NCBI GenBank assembly: GCA_046497275.1
Contig: JAWOFX010000061.1
Span: 69,900 to 101,899, forward strand
Reading direction: 5' to 3'
DNA from: Promethearchaeia archaeon
GTDB taxonomy: Archaea; Asgardarchaeota; Lokiarchaeia; Sigyniarchaeales; SOKP01
DNA length: 32,000 nucleotides
Under the pieces are notes generated by a model that saw nothing but the letters and a program-made list of their open reading frames with translations, made no database searches and was not told where the DNA came from. A program made the position numbers and the translations under genes. Below, piece by piece: positions 9,274-17,770 of the stretch (positions are counted from its first letter, which is position 1; every line of letters begins with the position of its first letter).

Positions 9274-10377
9274 ATGAAGGAATTATCAAAAAAAGTATAT
9301 TACAACAAAGTTTATGGCTCTTGGTTAGGACGCATTTCAGGAGACTTTGTGGGTGCCCCTATTGAGTTTTTGCCAATTATACTAAGAAAACTCATTTACG
9401 GAGAGATTCATTACTATCCAAGAACTGTAGATATTAATTATGTAAATGATGATGAGATGTATGAAATTTGCGCTCTTGTTGCTTTACAGAAGAATGGCAT
9501 AAGAATATCATCTCAAGATATCGCCCAAGAATGGGTAAATCTCCTTTATACTCAAAACTTTACAGCTGAAAAGAAAGCTTTGAATAATTTGAAAGGAGGA
9601 ATATTGCCACCAGAATCAGGAAGACGAAATAACATATATTATGACGCCATTGGAGCTCAGATGAGGGCAGATATTTGGGGTCAAATCTCTCCAGGTCTTC
9701 CAGAATTAGCAAAACAATATGCTCAAATTGATGGGAGAATTTCTCATGCTGGTATAGGGGTTGAAGGCGAGATTTTCATAGCAGTATTGATTTCCCAAGC
9801 GTTTTTTAAACCAGATATTTGCAGGAATATAATAAGTGCTCTCGAATATCTTCCTTCCACCCGTGAAAGTTTATATACTCAAATGGTTGAAAATGCCATC
9901 AGATTATATGAGCAATATCCAAATGATTATAAAATAGCACGGCAAGAACTCATCCAATATTGGCATTATATAAGAAGAAATGTGTTGTTAGAAGAGGAAA
10001 ACCTATTTAATGAAAGAAGTATAAAATATCTTAATAGATTTATCTCAGGAGTCCATGTACTCCCTAATGCTGGGATTATCACTTTAGCACTTTTATATGG
10101 TTCAATGAGTGGAGACCCTCTTGGTAAATCCATCTGTATTGCTGCTTCGATGGGGTTAGATACAGATTGCAACTGCGGAAATATAGGAGCTATTTTAGGA
10201 GCCCAAATTGGTGCAACTAATATTCCAATGAAATGGAAAGCCCCTCTACGTAATACATTTTCAACTTATGTGAAAGGACATGAAAGATGGAAAATTACAG
10301 AGCTAGCAAAGCAGATTTATAAAGTTGGGTTATCTGTTATTAAAGAAAAAGGAGAGGAGATAATAAGGATTATTTAA
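9274..10377 (+). CDS. ADP-ribosylglycohydrolase family protein (DraG/ARH fold)
   Basis: GDFVGAPIE, NDDE, GAQMRAD, SHAG.GVEG, GLDTDCNCGNIGAILGA. The Mg-binding acidic motifs are intact. Confidence 0.92.
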   Translation: MKELSKKVYYNKVYGSWLGRISGDFVGAPIEFLPIILRKLIYGEIHYYPRTVDINYVNDDEMYEICALVALQKNGIRISSQDIAQEWVNLLYTQNFTAEKKALNNLKGGILPPESGRRNNIYYDAIGAQMRADIWGQISPGLPELAKQYAQIDGRISHAGIGVEGEIFIAVLISQAFFKPDICRNIISALEYLPSTRESLYTQMVENAIRLYEQYPNDYKIARQELIQYWHYIRRNVLLEEENLFNERSIKYLNRFISGVHVLPNAGIITLALLYGSMSGDPLGKSICIAASMGLDTDCNCGNIGAILGAQIGATNIPMKWKAPLRNTFSTYVKGHERWKITELAKQIYKVGLSVIKEKGEEIIRII

Positions 10378-10407
10378 TAGAATTAATCTTGAACTAATTT
10401 CCATAAT

Positions 10408-11076
10408 TTAAAAATAAGCTAGTTCTAAAAGGTTTTTAATAACATCTTCAAAAATAACTAACCCCATTCCTTTATATCCTTGAACTGAAAAATGTAATCC
10501 ATCAGAATAAGCATATTCTGGTTTTAGATTTCCTTGAGCATCTGCCATCCCATTAAATAAATCAGCATAAGGAATTTCCTCTCTTTTAAAATATGCCTTT
10601 AATTTTAGATTTAATCGAAATTTTCGCTCATGATAATTTCCACTTGTTAATTCTTGGCGAATTGGTGGGATAGTAGCCCCGATTGACTTAATGTTTTTAT
10701 TCTTGGATTGAATATGCAAAGATTTAATATTCTCAAAAATCTTTTCATTTGATATTCCCCATCCCAAATCATTGGTCCCTCCAATAATTATTGAATAATC
10801 TGGTTTTGGGGAATAATTCAATAAATCTATTTCTATTCGGTTTAAAAGATTTCTTGTCAATTCACCTGGAATTCCCTTGTTAATAAACTTAAGTTCCCCC
10901 ATGATGAAATCATCAATCTTGCCGAGATTCTTCTCGAGAAATTCGATACAATAATTATATAACCAGTATTCATATTGGAATTTTTCATCCCCATAACCAT
11001 TAGAGATCCCATTTATAGAGGGAGAATATCCCGGATATCCCGATGTGAGTGAATTACCAAAACATAGAAAGATCAT
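10408..11076 (-). CDS. SGNH/GDSL-family hydrolase
   Basis: Block I FGNSLT, block II GIPGE, block III GGTND, block V DGLHFS. Confidence 0.9.
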   Translation of the reverse strand: MIFLCFGNSLTSGYPGYSPSINGISNGYGDEKFQYEYWLYNYCIEFLEKNLGKIDDFIMGELKFINKGIPGELTRNLLNRIEIDLLNYSPKPDYSIIIGGTNDLGWGISNEKIFENIKSLHIQSKNKNIKSIGATIPPIRQELTSGNYHERKFRLNLKLKAYFKREEIPYADLFNGMADAQGNLKPEYAYSDGLHFSVQGYKGMGLVIFEDVIKNLLELAYF

Positions 11077-11093
11077 GTTAAAATAATTTTTTC

Positions 11094-11756
11094 CTATTTA
11101 TTTTTAATTAAATTAAGAATCTTTTTTGAGTTCAGCTTTTTTAGATCAGATAAAACCAAATCAGCTTTGGTTAATTCTTCCTTTGGGTGGGTGCTCGTGA
11201 GAGCGATTACTTTCATATTTGCTCTCTTCGCAGCTTCTATTCCTACCGGCGCGTCTTCAATCACAAGACAATTTTCGGAATCTAAATTCAAATTCTCGAC
11301 AGCTTTAAGAAATACATCGGGAGCGGGTTTACTTTCGGTCACATTAGCAGCGGTCAATATTGTATCAAAATAATGCTTAATACCCAAGCTCTTCAATAGT
11401 AATTCAACATTTTCAGGTGGTCCGCTGGAACCAACAGCGAGTTTGAATCCTTTTTCTTTTAATTCGTTTAATAGACTCATTACTCCGGGTAATGGTTCTA
11501 ATTTTTCTTTTACAATTTTTCTATAATATTTTTCTTTCAAATCTGCCCATTCCTTTATCTTTGTTTCGCTGAGTCCTTCTCCCACTAATTTTCTCGTGAT
11601 GGGTACGCTCTGTTGACCGAATGTATTTTCAAAAAATTCTCGGTCAAATTCAGCCCCAATTTTATTAGCTAGCATCTTCCAACTCTCGTAATGCGCTTCG
11701 GCTGTATCGGAAAGTACACCATCCATATCAAAAATAACTAGTAAATTTTCAAACAT
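11094..11756 (-). CDS. HAD-superfamily phosphatase (beta-phosphoglucomutase-like, subfamily IA)
   Basis: FDMDGVLSDT, VGSSG, KPAPDVF, IEDAPVGIEAA. Confidence 0.93.
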   Translation of the reverse strand: MFENLLVIFDMDGVLSDTAEAHYESWKMLANKIGAEFDREFFENTFGQQSVPITRKLVGEGLSETKIKEWADLKEKYYRKIVKEKLEPLPGVMSLLNELKEKGFKLAVGSSGPPENVELLLKSLGIKHYFDTILTAANVTESKPAPDVFLKAVENLNLDSENCLVIEDAPVGIEAAKRANMKVIALTSTHPKEELTKADLVLSDLKKLNSKKILNLIKNK

Positions 11757-11838
11757 AATCTTAACAAATATCTTTAATTATGTATTTATTATTGATGAGA
11801 AAAATATTTTAAGCATTTGTAAATACTTTTATAAATAT

Positions 11839-11942
11839 GACCCTGTAGTCTAGTGGATAGGGCGCTGGCTTGCGGTGGTACTTAATTTCTATGTGCTGTA
11901 AAAAGCCAGAAGTCGAGGGTTCAAATCCCCCCAGGGTCGCCA
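11839..11942 (+). tRNA. tRNA-Arg(GCG) with 28-nt intron at 37/38 (11876..11903) and encoded CCA
   Basis: Acceptor GACCCTG/CAGGGTC, D-loop with A20, anticodon stem CTGGC/GCCAG, loop TT-GCG-G|A, T-loop TTCAAAT, G73-CCA. The intron forms a canonical BHB motif. Confidence 0.95.
11876..11903 (+). other. tRNA intron (BHB type)
   Basis: Central 4-bp helix TTGC(32-35)/GTAA, 3-nt bulges GG|T and AA|A, outer helix GGTAC/GTGCT. Confidence 0.9.
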
Positions 11943-11951
11943 TTCATATTC

Positions 11952-12707
11952 TTATATATATTGAAGAATTTCTGAAATCTCATCAATCTTTTCAAAATCA
12001 TCAATCGGAATCTCTTTTTCGAAGGGAAATTCAACTTTTCTCTGGAAAAAGATCTTTTGCAATCCTGCACGATGAGCCCCCATGATATCAGCATATTCAT
12101 CACCACACACTAAAATATGCGCGGCATCATTCTCATTGAATCCCATCTCCTTTAGCGTATATATGAAAATTTCTGGATTCGGTTTTCGTTTCCCATAATC
12201 CGCGGATGTAATAACAACTTCAAAATATTTGGATAAATTATGTTTATTTATTAAAGCCTCAATGGTTTGATGATGTGGATGATTTGAAAGTAATGCTAAT
12301 TTAATATTCAATTTTTTTAGTTGTTTCAGTGTTTTTTCGGTATTTTTGAATGGAAACCATTCATCTTCTTCACAAGAGTGATAAAGTGTAGCTAATTCCT
12401 CGCTTACCTCATTATCTACCTTTTTATTCATTATATTAAAAATTTCCTTAATAATCTCTGTAGTGGGGAATTCTTGAGTTGTTTTTCTGCTTAATTTTAA
12501 TGATTCCATTCGTTTTTTATTAAAAATTTTTTTAAATTGCCGTTTCTCAGAAGAATTCTTTAAAAGTTTCATATCATATAATTTTTGGATGCATTTCTGG
12601 AGCCCTTGCTTATAGCAATTCATATATTTTTCCACAGTTGCATCTTTAAAATAATAAAGTGTAAAGCCAAAATCGAAGATAATTGCTTTGATTCCTTTGA
12701 ATTGCAT
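11952..12707 (-). CDS. HAD-superfamily hydrolase (subfamily IA)
   Basis: IIFDFGFTL, LLSN, RKPNPEIF, CGDEYADIMGAHRAG. Confidence 0.9.
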   Translation of the reverse strand: MQFKGIKAIIFDFGFTLYYFKDATVEKYMNCYKQGLQKCIQKLYDMKLLKNSSEKRQFKKIFNKKRMESLKLSRKTTQEFPTTEIIKEIFNIMNKKVDNEVSEELATLYHSCEEDEWFPFKNTEKTLKQLKKLNIKLALLSNHPHHQTIEALINKHNLSKYFEVVITSADYGKRKPNPEIFIYTLKEMGFNENDAAHILVCGDEYADIMGAHRAGLQKIFFQRKVEFPFEKEIPIDDFEKIDEISEILQYI

Positions 12708-12893
12708 TCTAATTTAATTATGTAATTTCATAATTTTAATTTAACTCTAAAGAATTAAAATAAGTGTTTAAAGACTAGACTGCTCAAAAAAAAATAAGTA
12801 TTTAACTGAATTTTATCTTAATAGTATTCATTAAATAATTAGAAGTATAAAGAATAATTGAATATTAATTACCTAAATTATTTTAATTTAAAA

Positions 12894-13358
12894 ATGGTAG
12901 AAATCAAATCAGAGCTGTTAGCTCCTTGTGGACTCTATTGCGGAGTCTGTTCTATTTATATCGCGCATCGTGATAATAATCAAAAGTTTAAGGATGCATT
13001 AACAAAAGTTTACAAACCATTTGTAAAAGGGATTGAAGATATTAAATGTACTGGGTGTTTATCTGATGGAGTAGTTTTTCCAGTATGTAGAAGTTGTCCT
13101 ATTAAAAAATGTACACAAGAAAAGAATATTAATGGTTGCTATGAATGTGATGAGTTTCCTTGTAAATATATTGAAAATTTTCCAATAAAAGTGGGTAAAA
13201 AAGTTATTATGAGAGCAATTCCAACTTGGAGAGAACTAGGCACTGAGAAGTTTGTTGAACTTGAAGAAAAAAGGTATCATTGCCCAGAATGTGGTAGCAC
13301 TTTATTTCGAGGAGCAAAACGTTGTAATAAATGTGGAATAAGCGTTGACGTCGATTAA
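12894..13358 (+). CDS. DUF3795-like Cys-rich protein with C-terminal zinc ribbon
   Basis: APCGLYCGVC, CTGC, CRSCPIKKC, CYECDEFPC, CPECG...CNKC. ATG at 12894 preferred over the TTG at 12858. Confidence 0.82.
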   Translation: MVEIKSELLAPCGLYCGVCSIYIAHRDNNQKFKDALTKVYKPFVKGIEDIKCTGCLSDGVVFPVCRSCPIKKCTQEKNINGCYECDEFPCKYIENFPIKVGKKVIMRAIPTWRELGTEKFVELEEKRYHCPECGSTLFRGAKRCNKCGISVDVD

Positions 13359-13399
13359 TATAAAAAGAAAAATTAATTCATAAATAAATCTTAAGGATT

Positions 13400-13945
13400 A
13401 TGTCAATCGATAAGTGGCTTGAAGATGAAGAGTGGGTTGAAAAGAAAAGGAAAAAGGAGGAACAATATAAAAAATTAAGTGAAGAAGAAAAAAAGAGGTT
13501 AGAAGTTAAAAGTATTAAAAATTTAATTGGGAAAAATCAACAAGAAACTCAAAAAAACAAAGGGGAAATCAAAAACGAAAAGGATTATCTATTAGACAAA
13601 ATTATTGATTTTAAAAATTGGTTAGACAAGAGGACGTATCTTAAAGGAGATAGAATTGAGATTAAAATGTGGGTTTCAAATCTCTATAGGATACTTGAAT
13701 CTAATACCCAAAATAACAAAACCCAGGAAAATCGGGAAACAAAAAAAGAATTAATTAAAAAATATAGAAGAATTCCCCCTAATTTATTAGATGAGAAAAC
13801 AAGGGTCGCAATTAATAAAAAATTGTATAGAGATGAAATGACAAGTTCCGATAAATATTATCTGAGAAAACTAAAGAAAGAAATAGAAGAAAAGTTAAAA
13901 GAATTAAAATATTATGAAATTTTAGAAGATATCTTAGATTTTTAA
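13400..13945 (+). CDS. Hypothetical Lys/Glu-rich helical protein
   Basis: 181-aa ORF, highly charged and coiled-coil-like. No family recognised. Confidence 0.75.
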   Translation: MSIDKWLEDEEWVEKKRKKEEQYKKLSEEEKKRLEVKSIKNLIGKNQQETQKNKGEIKNEKDYLLDKIIDFKNWLDKRTYLKGDRIEIKMWVSNLYRILESNTQNNKTQENRETKKELIKKYRRIPPNLLDEKTRVAINKKLYRDEMTSSDKYYLRKLKKEIEEKLKELKYYEILEDILDF

Positions 13946-13978
13946 ATATCTAATTTACATATAATAAAAAAAATACTA

Positions 13979-15076
13979 ATGTCTCCCACTAAAATTATAT
14001 TCCCTATAGCTGGAGTAGGGAAAAGATTGCAGCCATTTACTTTTTCGAAGCCCAAAGCATTCTTGAAGGTGGCTGGGAAACGATTGATCGATCATATTCT
14101 TATAAAACTCAAAAAAACATTTCCGGAAGGAACAGAGATCCTATTTATTGTAGGATACAAAAAACGACAGATAACTGAGTATCTCTCCAATCATTATGCT
14201 GATTATTTTACTCTACATTTCCGTGAACAAAAACCAATGGGATATATTGATGAAACCCCATATTTTTCTGGGTTAGGAGATGCTATCTTTTTGGCTAAAG
14301 ATTTTATTGAGAATAATGATATTTTCATTTGTTTGAGCGACCGATTACCAATGGAGGATTATAGCTCAATACTTCTCACATTTCATCAAGAAAATTGTGA
14401 AGGGGTCATTAATGTTAAAAAAGTTGATAATCCTCAATTCTATGGAATTACAGAAATAGATAATAAAGGTGTTATAACAAAAATCGTGGAAAAACCGAAG
14501 GAATATGTATCAGATTATGCTGTTTCAGGTGCATATTTATTTGGAAAAGAAATTGTAGGTAGATTATTCGAACTGTTAGAAGAGCAATATAAAACGGAAT
14601 TAGAAAATGGAAAAGAGCATCAATTTACACCTATTATTCAAAAATTAATAGATGATGGATCTAAAATAAAAATAAACGAAATGAAAAATAAGATCCTAGA
14701 TTTTGGGAGACCCGAGAGCTTATTAGAAGGAAATCGATTTTTATTATCTGAACTAAAGCTTGACGACCCGCTATACGAAAATCTCTTTAAATTGGGAAAT
14801 ATTGTAGATTGTAAAATTGTTCCTCCTGTCTATATCGGAGAGAATGTTATAATAAAAAATTCTGTTATAGGACCAAATGTCTCAATAGGTGACAATGTGA
14901 AAATAGAAAAATGTATTCTTTTTGAATCTGTGTTAGGAGATGGGGCGCATCTGAAGAAAATAATCTCTTCTGACAGCATTATCGGGGATTATTCCACTTT
15001 AGAAGATTTAATAAAAAAGAAGATCAATATTGGGGATAGCACATATATTACCACAACAAATCTTAAGTCTTTTTAG
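13979..15076 (+). CDS. Sugar-phosphate nucleotidyltransferase (long-form glucose-1-phosphate thymidylyltransferase-like) with C-terminal left-handed beta-helix
   Basis: AGVGKRLQPFT.SKPK, GLGDA, FYGI, VEKP, DFGRPESLL, hexapeptide repeats (PPVYIGENV...IGPNVSIGDNV). Confidence 0.9.
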   Translation: MSPTKIIFPIAGVGKRLQPFTFSKPKAFLKVAGKRLIDHILIKLKKTFPEGTEILFIVGYKKRQITEYLSNHYADYFTLHFREQKPMGYIDETPYFSGLGDAIFLAKDFIENNDIFICLSDRLPMEDYSSILLTFHQENCEGVINVKKVDNPQFYGITEIDNKGVITKIVEKPKEYVSDYAVSGAYLFGKEIVGRLFELLEEQYKTELENGKEHQFTPIIQKLIDDGSKIKINEMKNKILDFGRPESLLEGNRFLLSELKLDDPLYENLFKLGNIVDCKIVPPVYIGENVIIKNSVIGPNVSIGDNVKIEKCILFESVLGDGAHLKKIISSDSIIGDYSTLEDLIKKKINIGDSTYITTTNLKSF

Positions 15077-16059
15077 AATTTTTTCAATTCTATTATAAAT
15101 TTAGTGCCATTGTTAAAATCATTCTCATTATTATCTTCCACCCAAATCTTACCATCATAATTATCTATTATATGTTTTACTAAATATAGTCCAATACCCA
15201 TTCCATTTTTACTCTCAGTAATTACATCTTTGAATAGCTTTTCCTTAATCGCATTACTTATACCCGGACCATTATCCAAGAATACAATTCTAATGAAATT
15301 TAAATTAGAGTCTTGATCCTCCTCTATAAGAATTTTGATTTTAATTGGCACAGACTCATTATGTATTATAGCATTATTAAGAAGATTTTCAAATACATCC
15401 AATAAAAATTCATTCGCTTCGACATAGATTCGTGTTTTAGGTGGGTCAAATATAAATTCTATATTTTTATTATTGTAGACCTTGAGAATATTTTTTTTTG
15501 CAGTTTCTAATAAACTTATTAGATCCATCTTTTTTAATTCAATTGCCTTATCTCGAACTTGCGAAAGCTTATATACATTATTAGCTAACTTTTCCCCCCT
15601 TTTTATTTGAGTTTCAATAACATCAATAAGTTCTAAGATTTTCTCCTCATTTGTTTCAGAATTCTCAAAATAAATTTCAAATAATTCTATTGCTGATTTT
15701 ATGTTTTGAAATATATTTTTTACATCGTGGGCGAATAAATTTTTATACAATTCTGTTTGGTGATATAACTTATTTAACTTTTCTTCTCTCTCCTTTAGAT
15801 TTTTTTGATGTTTTTTTTGTATAAAGAGATGTAAGAAAAATAGCCAAAAGAGAGGGATTATTATTGCTAAATAGTCTTCATATTCAGAGAGTACAATGTT
15901 AATATTCGCCCATTCTAAAACATTAATCAAATGATAAAAAACTAAGAGAGCTAAAATAATGGCTAAAACCATATTCTCTGCTTTATCAAAGTATGAATCT
16001 TGATAAATGATTAAAAAAAGTAAAGCAATAATGATTAAGAGTGCTGAAATGAAATCCAT
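15073..16059 (-). CDS. Membrane-bound sensor histidine kinase (3-TM input, HisKA, HATPase_c)
   Basis: H-box FAHDVKN, N-box NLLNNAIIH, G1 DNGPGI, G2 GMGIGL, GTKF. Three N-terminal TM helices. Confidence 0.93.
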   Translation of the reverse strand: MDFISALLIIIALLFLIIYQDSYFDKAENMVLAIILALLVFYHLINVLEWANINIVLSEYEDYLAIIIPLFWLFFLHLFIQKKHQKNLKEREEKLNKLYHQTELYKNLFAHDVKNIFQNIKSAIELFEIYFENSETNEEKILELIDVIETQIKRGEKLANNVYKLSQVRDKAIELKKMDLISLLETAKKNILKVYNNKNIEFIFDPPKTRIYVEANEFLLDVFENLLNNAIIHNESVPIKIKILIEEDQDSNLNFIRIVFLDNGPGISNAIKEKLFKDVITESKNGMGIGLYLVKHIIDNYDGKIWVEDNNENDFNNGTKFIIELKKF

Positions 16060-16069
16060 TATACTAATC

Positions 16070-16351
16070 TCAATTATGGTTTTCCGCCCTCCTTCTTTTC
16101 ATTATTAAAATAATCCAAATAAAAATAAACATAGAACTTAACACATAACAAATGTGTTCAATATAATTTAAAAGATCATAGAGTATTATTGCTTCAAAAA
16201 CTGTAGCACACCATGCAATTAAGATTAATATTATCGAGATAAAGAAGAATTTAAATTCTGGGATTGTTTTCAGGTTTTTATAATTTATTGTTATAAAGAT
16301 GAAAACAACTATTCCAAGTATAAATACTATTAATTCCCCTTCTTCAATCAT
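16070..16351 (-). CDS. Small 3-TM membrane protein, likely co-transcribed with the kinase
   Basis: 93 aa, three hydrophobic helices, 10-nt gap to the kinase start. Confidence 0.8.
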   Translation of the reverse strand: MIEEGELIVFILGIVVFIFITINYKNLKTIPEFKFFFISIILILIAWCATVFEAIILYDLLNYIEHICYVLSSMFIFIWIILIMKRRRAENHN

Positions 16352-16519
16352 TGAATTAATAAGGTTGAATGGTTAAAAGATATGAAATTTTTGTTTGATT
16401 AGAAAAAATAAATTATCTCTTATTATAATTTGCTTTTCTTCAAAAAAAAAAAGATAATAACACTTTTGTTAATTCAATTAATAAATAATATAAAAAAAAA
16501 GATTAGATTAATTATTTTC

Positions 16520-17188
16520 TTATTTTTCACGTTGAGGTCTATGACAAAGCCACCAGTCAAAACAGGTAATGTTTGGGTCTTCTAATCTCTCTTTAGCGGT
16601 TTTTACATCTTTCGCGGGTGGAACTATTACATGATCTCCGATTAGTTCATTATTTGGCCAATTTGCAGGTACTGCGGCATTTTCTTTATCTGCTGTTTGG
16701 AGTGCTCTAAGCGCACGAATTATTTCATCCATATTTCGCCCAATTTCTTTTGGATAATATAAGATTATTCGAACTACACCCTCAGGGTCTATGATAAACA
16801 CGGCTCTAACAGTACTCGCACCTTGACCAGGATGAACCATCCCTAATTTTTGGGCAACAATTCCATGGTCTGCGATTATAGGAAAAGGGATTTCTGTATC
16901 TAAATTATCTTTTATCCATTCTGTCCATTTTATATGAGCAAAGACTTGATCGATAGAAAGTCCAACCAATTCTGTATTTAATTCTTGAAACTTATCAAAT
17001 CGAGTTGCAAAACCGTGAAATTCTGTTGTGCATACCGGAGTAAAATCTGCAGGATGACTAAATACAATTAGCCATTTACCTTTAGAGGTTACATCATCAG
17101 GTAATGTCATCATTCCATGAGTAGTTTGGACTTCCATTTTTGGAAATTTATCCCCTATAAGGGGAATTCCAACTTCTTTTTCTGCCAT
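16520..17188 (-). CDS. Peroxiredoxin (Prx6 / archaeal thioredoxin peroxidase type)
   Basis: [15 protein letters not shown] peroxidatic motif, [19 protein letters not shown]-terminal CFDWWLC. ATG at 17188. Confidence 0.95.
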   Translation of the reverse strand: MAEKEVGIPLIGDKFPKMEVQTTHGMMTLPDDVTSKGKWLIVFSHPADFTPVCTTEFHGFATRFDKFQELNTELVGLSIDQVFAHIKWTEWIKDNLDTEIPFPIIADHGIVAQKLGMVHPGQGASTVRAVFIIDPEGVVRIILYYPKEIGRNMDEIIRALRALQTADKENAAVPANWPNNELIGDHVIVPPAKDVKTAKERLEDPNITCFDWWLCHRPQREK

Positions 17189-17214
17189 TTTGTTCACTTA
17201 GAATAAATATTTTT

Positions 17215-17236
17215 GTTATTAATAATTATTATTAAC
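17215..17236. promoter_or_regulatory. Putative PerR/Fur-type operator
   Basis: Perfect 7-1-7 TAATAAT-T-ATTATTA (17220..17234) overlapping an 11-11 palindrome with one mismatched pair, between the divergent prx and fur-family genes. Confidence 0.5.
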
Positions 17237-17293
17237 TAATATCTTATTGCATTAAATAATTGATTTTATAATCTATTAATAGTTCCAATATAT

Positions 17294-17728
17294 ATGGAAA
17301 AAGATTTTCTCAAGTTAAAGCTTCATAATCATAATAAAAGAATTACCCCTCAGAGGGAAGCAGTATATAATGCTCTATTAAATGATACAAATCATCCCAG
17401 CGCAGAGGAAATACATAAAGGCATAATCGATAAGTTCCCTAATTTAAGTTTAGCCACGGTATATCAAATTTTAAACATGTTTGAGAATGAATTAAATTTG
17501 GTTAAAAGTATTATCGTAGATAATACAAAACATTATGAAGTAGATTCTCAATTCCATGTTCATCTCATATGTCCTGAATGTAATCAAATTCGCGATATTT
17601 ATTCTGAGAAGATTAAATCTTTTTGGGAAAATCTTGTTCATGAATTAGATATTAATCCTAAAGATCAAACTATCAAAATTTATCAAGTATGTTCTGATTG
17701 TGAGAAAAAATTAAAAGAAAAAAATTGA
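17294..17728 (+). CDS. perR: Fur-family transcriptional regulator, PerR-like
   Basis: RITPQR, HPSAEEI, LSLATVY, HVHLICPEC..IRD (Asp at the PerR D104-equivalent site), CSDC. Divergent from prx. Confidence 0.85.
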   Translation: MEKDFLKLKLHNHNKRITPQREAVYNALLNDTNHPSAEEIHKGIIDKFPNLSLATVYQILNMFENELNLVKSIIVDNTKHYEVDSQFHVHLICPECNQIRDIYSEKIKSFWENLVHELDINPKDQTIKIYQVCSDCEKKLKEKN

Positions 17729-17770
17729 AGATTATAGAGAGAATTCGATTCTTTTGTATGAGTAGTTTTT

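Noticed and set aside
11870-12106. ORFs 11870..12085 (+) and 11921..12106 (-)
   Set aside because: Overlap tRNA-Arg and the HAD gene; spurious.
11943-12707. tRNA-Arg or tRNA-Pro as an integration site of a mobile element
   Set aside because: No integrase, no duplicated tRNA 3' end (att) seen, and flanking genes are ordinary enzymes.
16520-17188. Peroxiredoxin as a selenoprotein
   Set aside because: The ORF is uninterrupted with Cys codons and no in-frame TGA; no SECIS-like hairpin recognised.
17260-17275. TTGATTTTATAATCTA matches the reverse complement of 20264..20279 at 15/16
   Set aside because: Both are centred on a TATA-like core. A rough estimate suggests such matches are expected by chance among AT-rich intergenic sequences.
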